From contig NC_058368.1 in NCBI RefSeq assembly GCF_018350175.1, positions 164,984,001 to 165,048,000 on the forward strand: DNA of 64,000 nt. The letters run 5' to 3'. Shown piece after piece: positions 63,241 through 64,000 of the stretch (the first letter of the stretch is position 1; each line of letters starts with the position of its first letter). Below the pieces are notes generated by a model, which ran no database searches, had not been told where the DNA came from, and saw nothing but the letters and a program-made list of their open reading frames with translations. This stretch comes from Felis catus. Taxonomy: Eukaryota. Made by a program: the position numbers and the translations under genes.

Positions 63241-64000
63241 AATGATTTCATCATAAGTTTATACAACTTAATAGCCACTACATTTAAAACTAGTGAACAC
63301 AATTCATGAAAATCAGCATTTAAATAAGCACATTAATGTATAATTCTTTATCTCATATAATTTCTTTTCTAAACTCAGTCTTGCCTTCAATTGAGTAAGA
63401 TCATGACTTCTAGCATTATTTTCCCTGCATGTATCCCATAAAACATAGTATGTTTTTTTTTTATTTATTAAAAAAAATGAATTGCTTATAGGTGTGACAT
63501 GCACAAAGGCCAGATTGGGATTTTATGTTATGAAAGATAATGTAGCTTATTGGTGAAGAAAATGTACTCTATTATAAATATATTATTATCACATTTTTCC
63601 AAAATATGTTTTGATTTAGATAAAACTCAAGCTTGCACAATTTTATTTCCATAATCTCTAGTATTAGAAGATTACTTTGTTAAAACAACTTTGTATATCC
63701 AAAATATATTAGAAATCTTAAAAATTCAGTGTAATTGCATTAAAACCATGGTATCCATAAGGTGGACACAGAAAGTAATATATTAAGTTCATGTACATAC
63801 AAATATCCGTGTTTAATGTAAAATTACAAAACTGAACACTGACAAAAGTTGAATTTATGCATTCTAATATTAAAAATAAAAACAAAAGACTTTGGAATTT
63901 ATAGAAAGAAAGACTTTTATATGCTGCCTCGGTGCTGCCTATTTGCTTCTTGTCTGCCACTCATTTGCTACATGACTGTGCAATTTTCACGTAACCTCAC

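Noticed and set aside
63070..63309. 79-aa plus-strand ORF
   Set aside because: Spans the insert boundary into AT-rich flank; the A-tail polarity favours the minus strand; no recognised homology
1..64000. Inferring host-gene direction from repeat strand bias
   Set aside because: L1 pieces lean to the minus strand but MaLR LTRs lean to the plus strand; the signals conflict and counts are small

Overview
Mammalian nuclear DNA, almost certainly from a cat-family (felid) genome, because it is dense in tRNA-derived carnivore SINEs (CanSINE/SINEC), including CpG-intact Felidae-type copies. The window is AT-rich and looks intronic or intergenic. I find no protein-coding gene I can support, and the ORF-track hits I examined are SINE-, L1- or microsatellite-derived or look like chance. 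Content: about 28 SINEC copies (many with visible target-site duplications, TSDs), old L1 and L2 fragments, MIRs, MaLR/ERVL/ERV1 LTRs (one near-complete MLT1 provirus), hAT-Charlie and Tigger DNA-transposon relics, and microsatellites. The most notable observations: (1) two U6 snRNA retrocopies of different architecture, one U6-poly(A) with a 17-bp TSD and one ancient U6/L1-3'-end chimera; (2) two micro 'repeat / inverted copy / repeat' scars at transposon truncation points that look like template-switch repair; (3) an unidentified GC-rich insert with a short A-tail replacing the end of a MER82; (4) a few splice-site-bounded candidate exons. I do not see a previously undescribed biological system. 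Repeat family names come from recalled consensus sequences, not a database search, and boundaries of old repeats are approximate.
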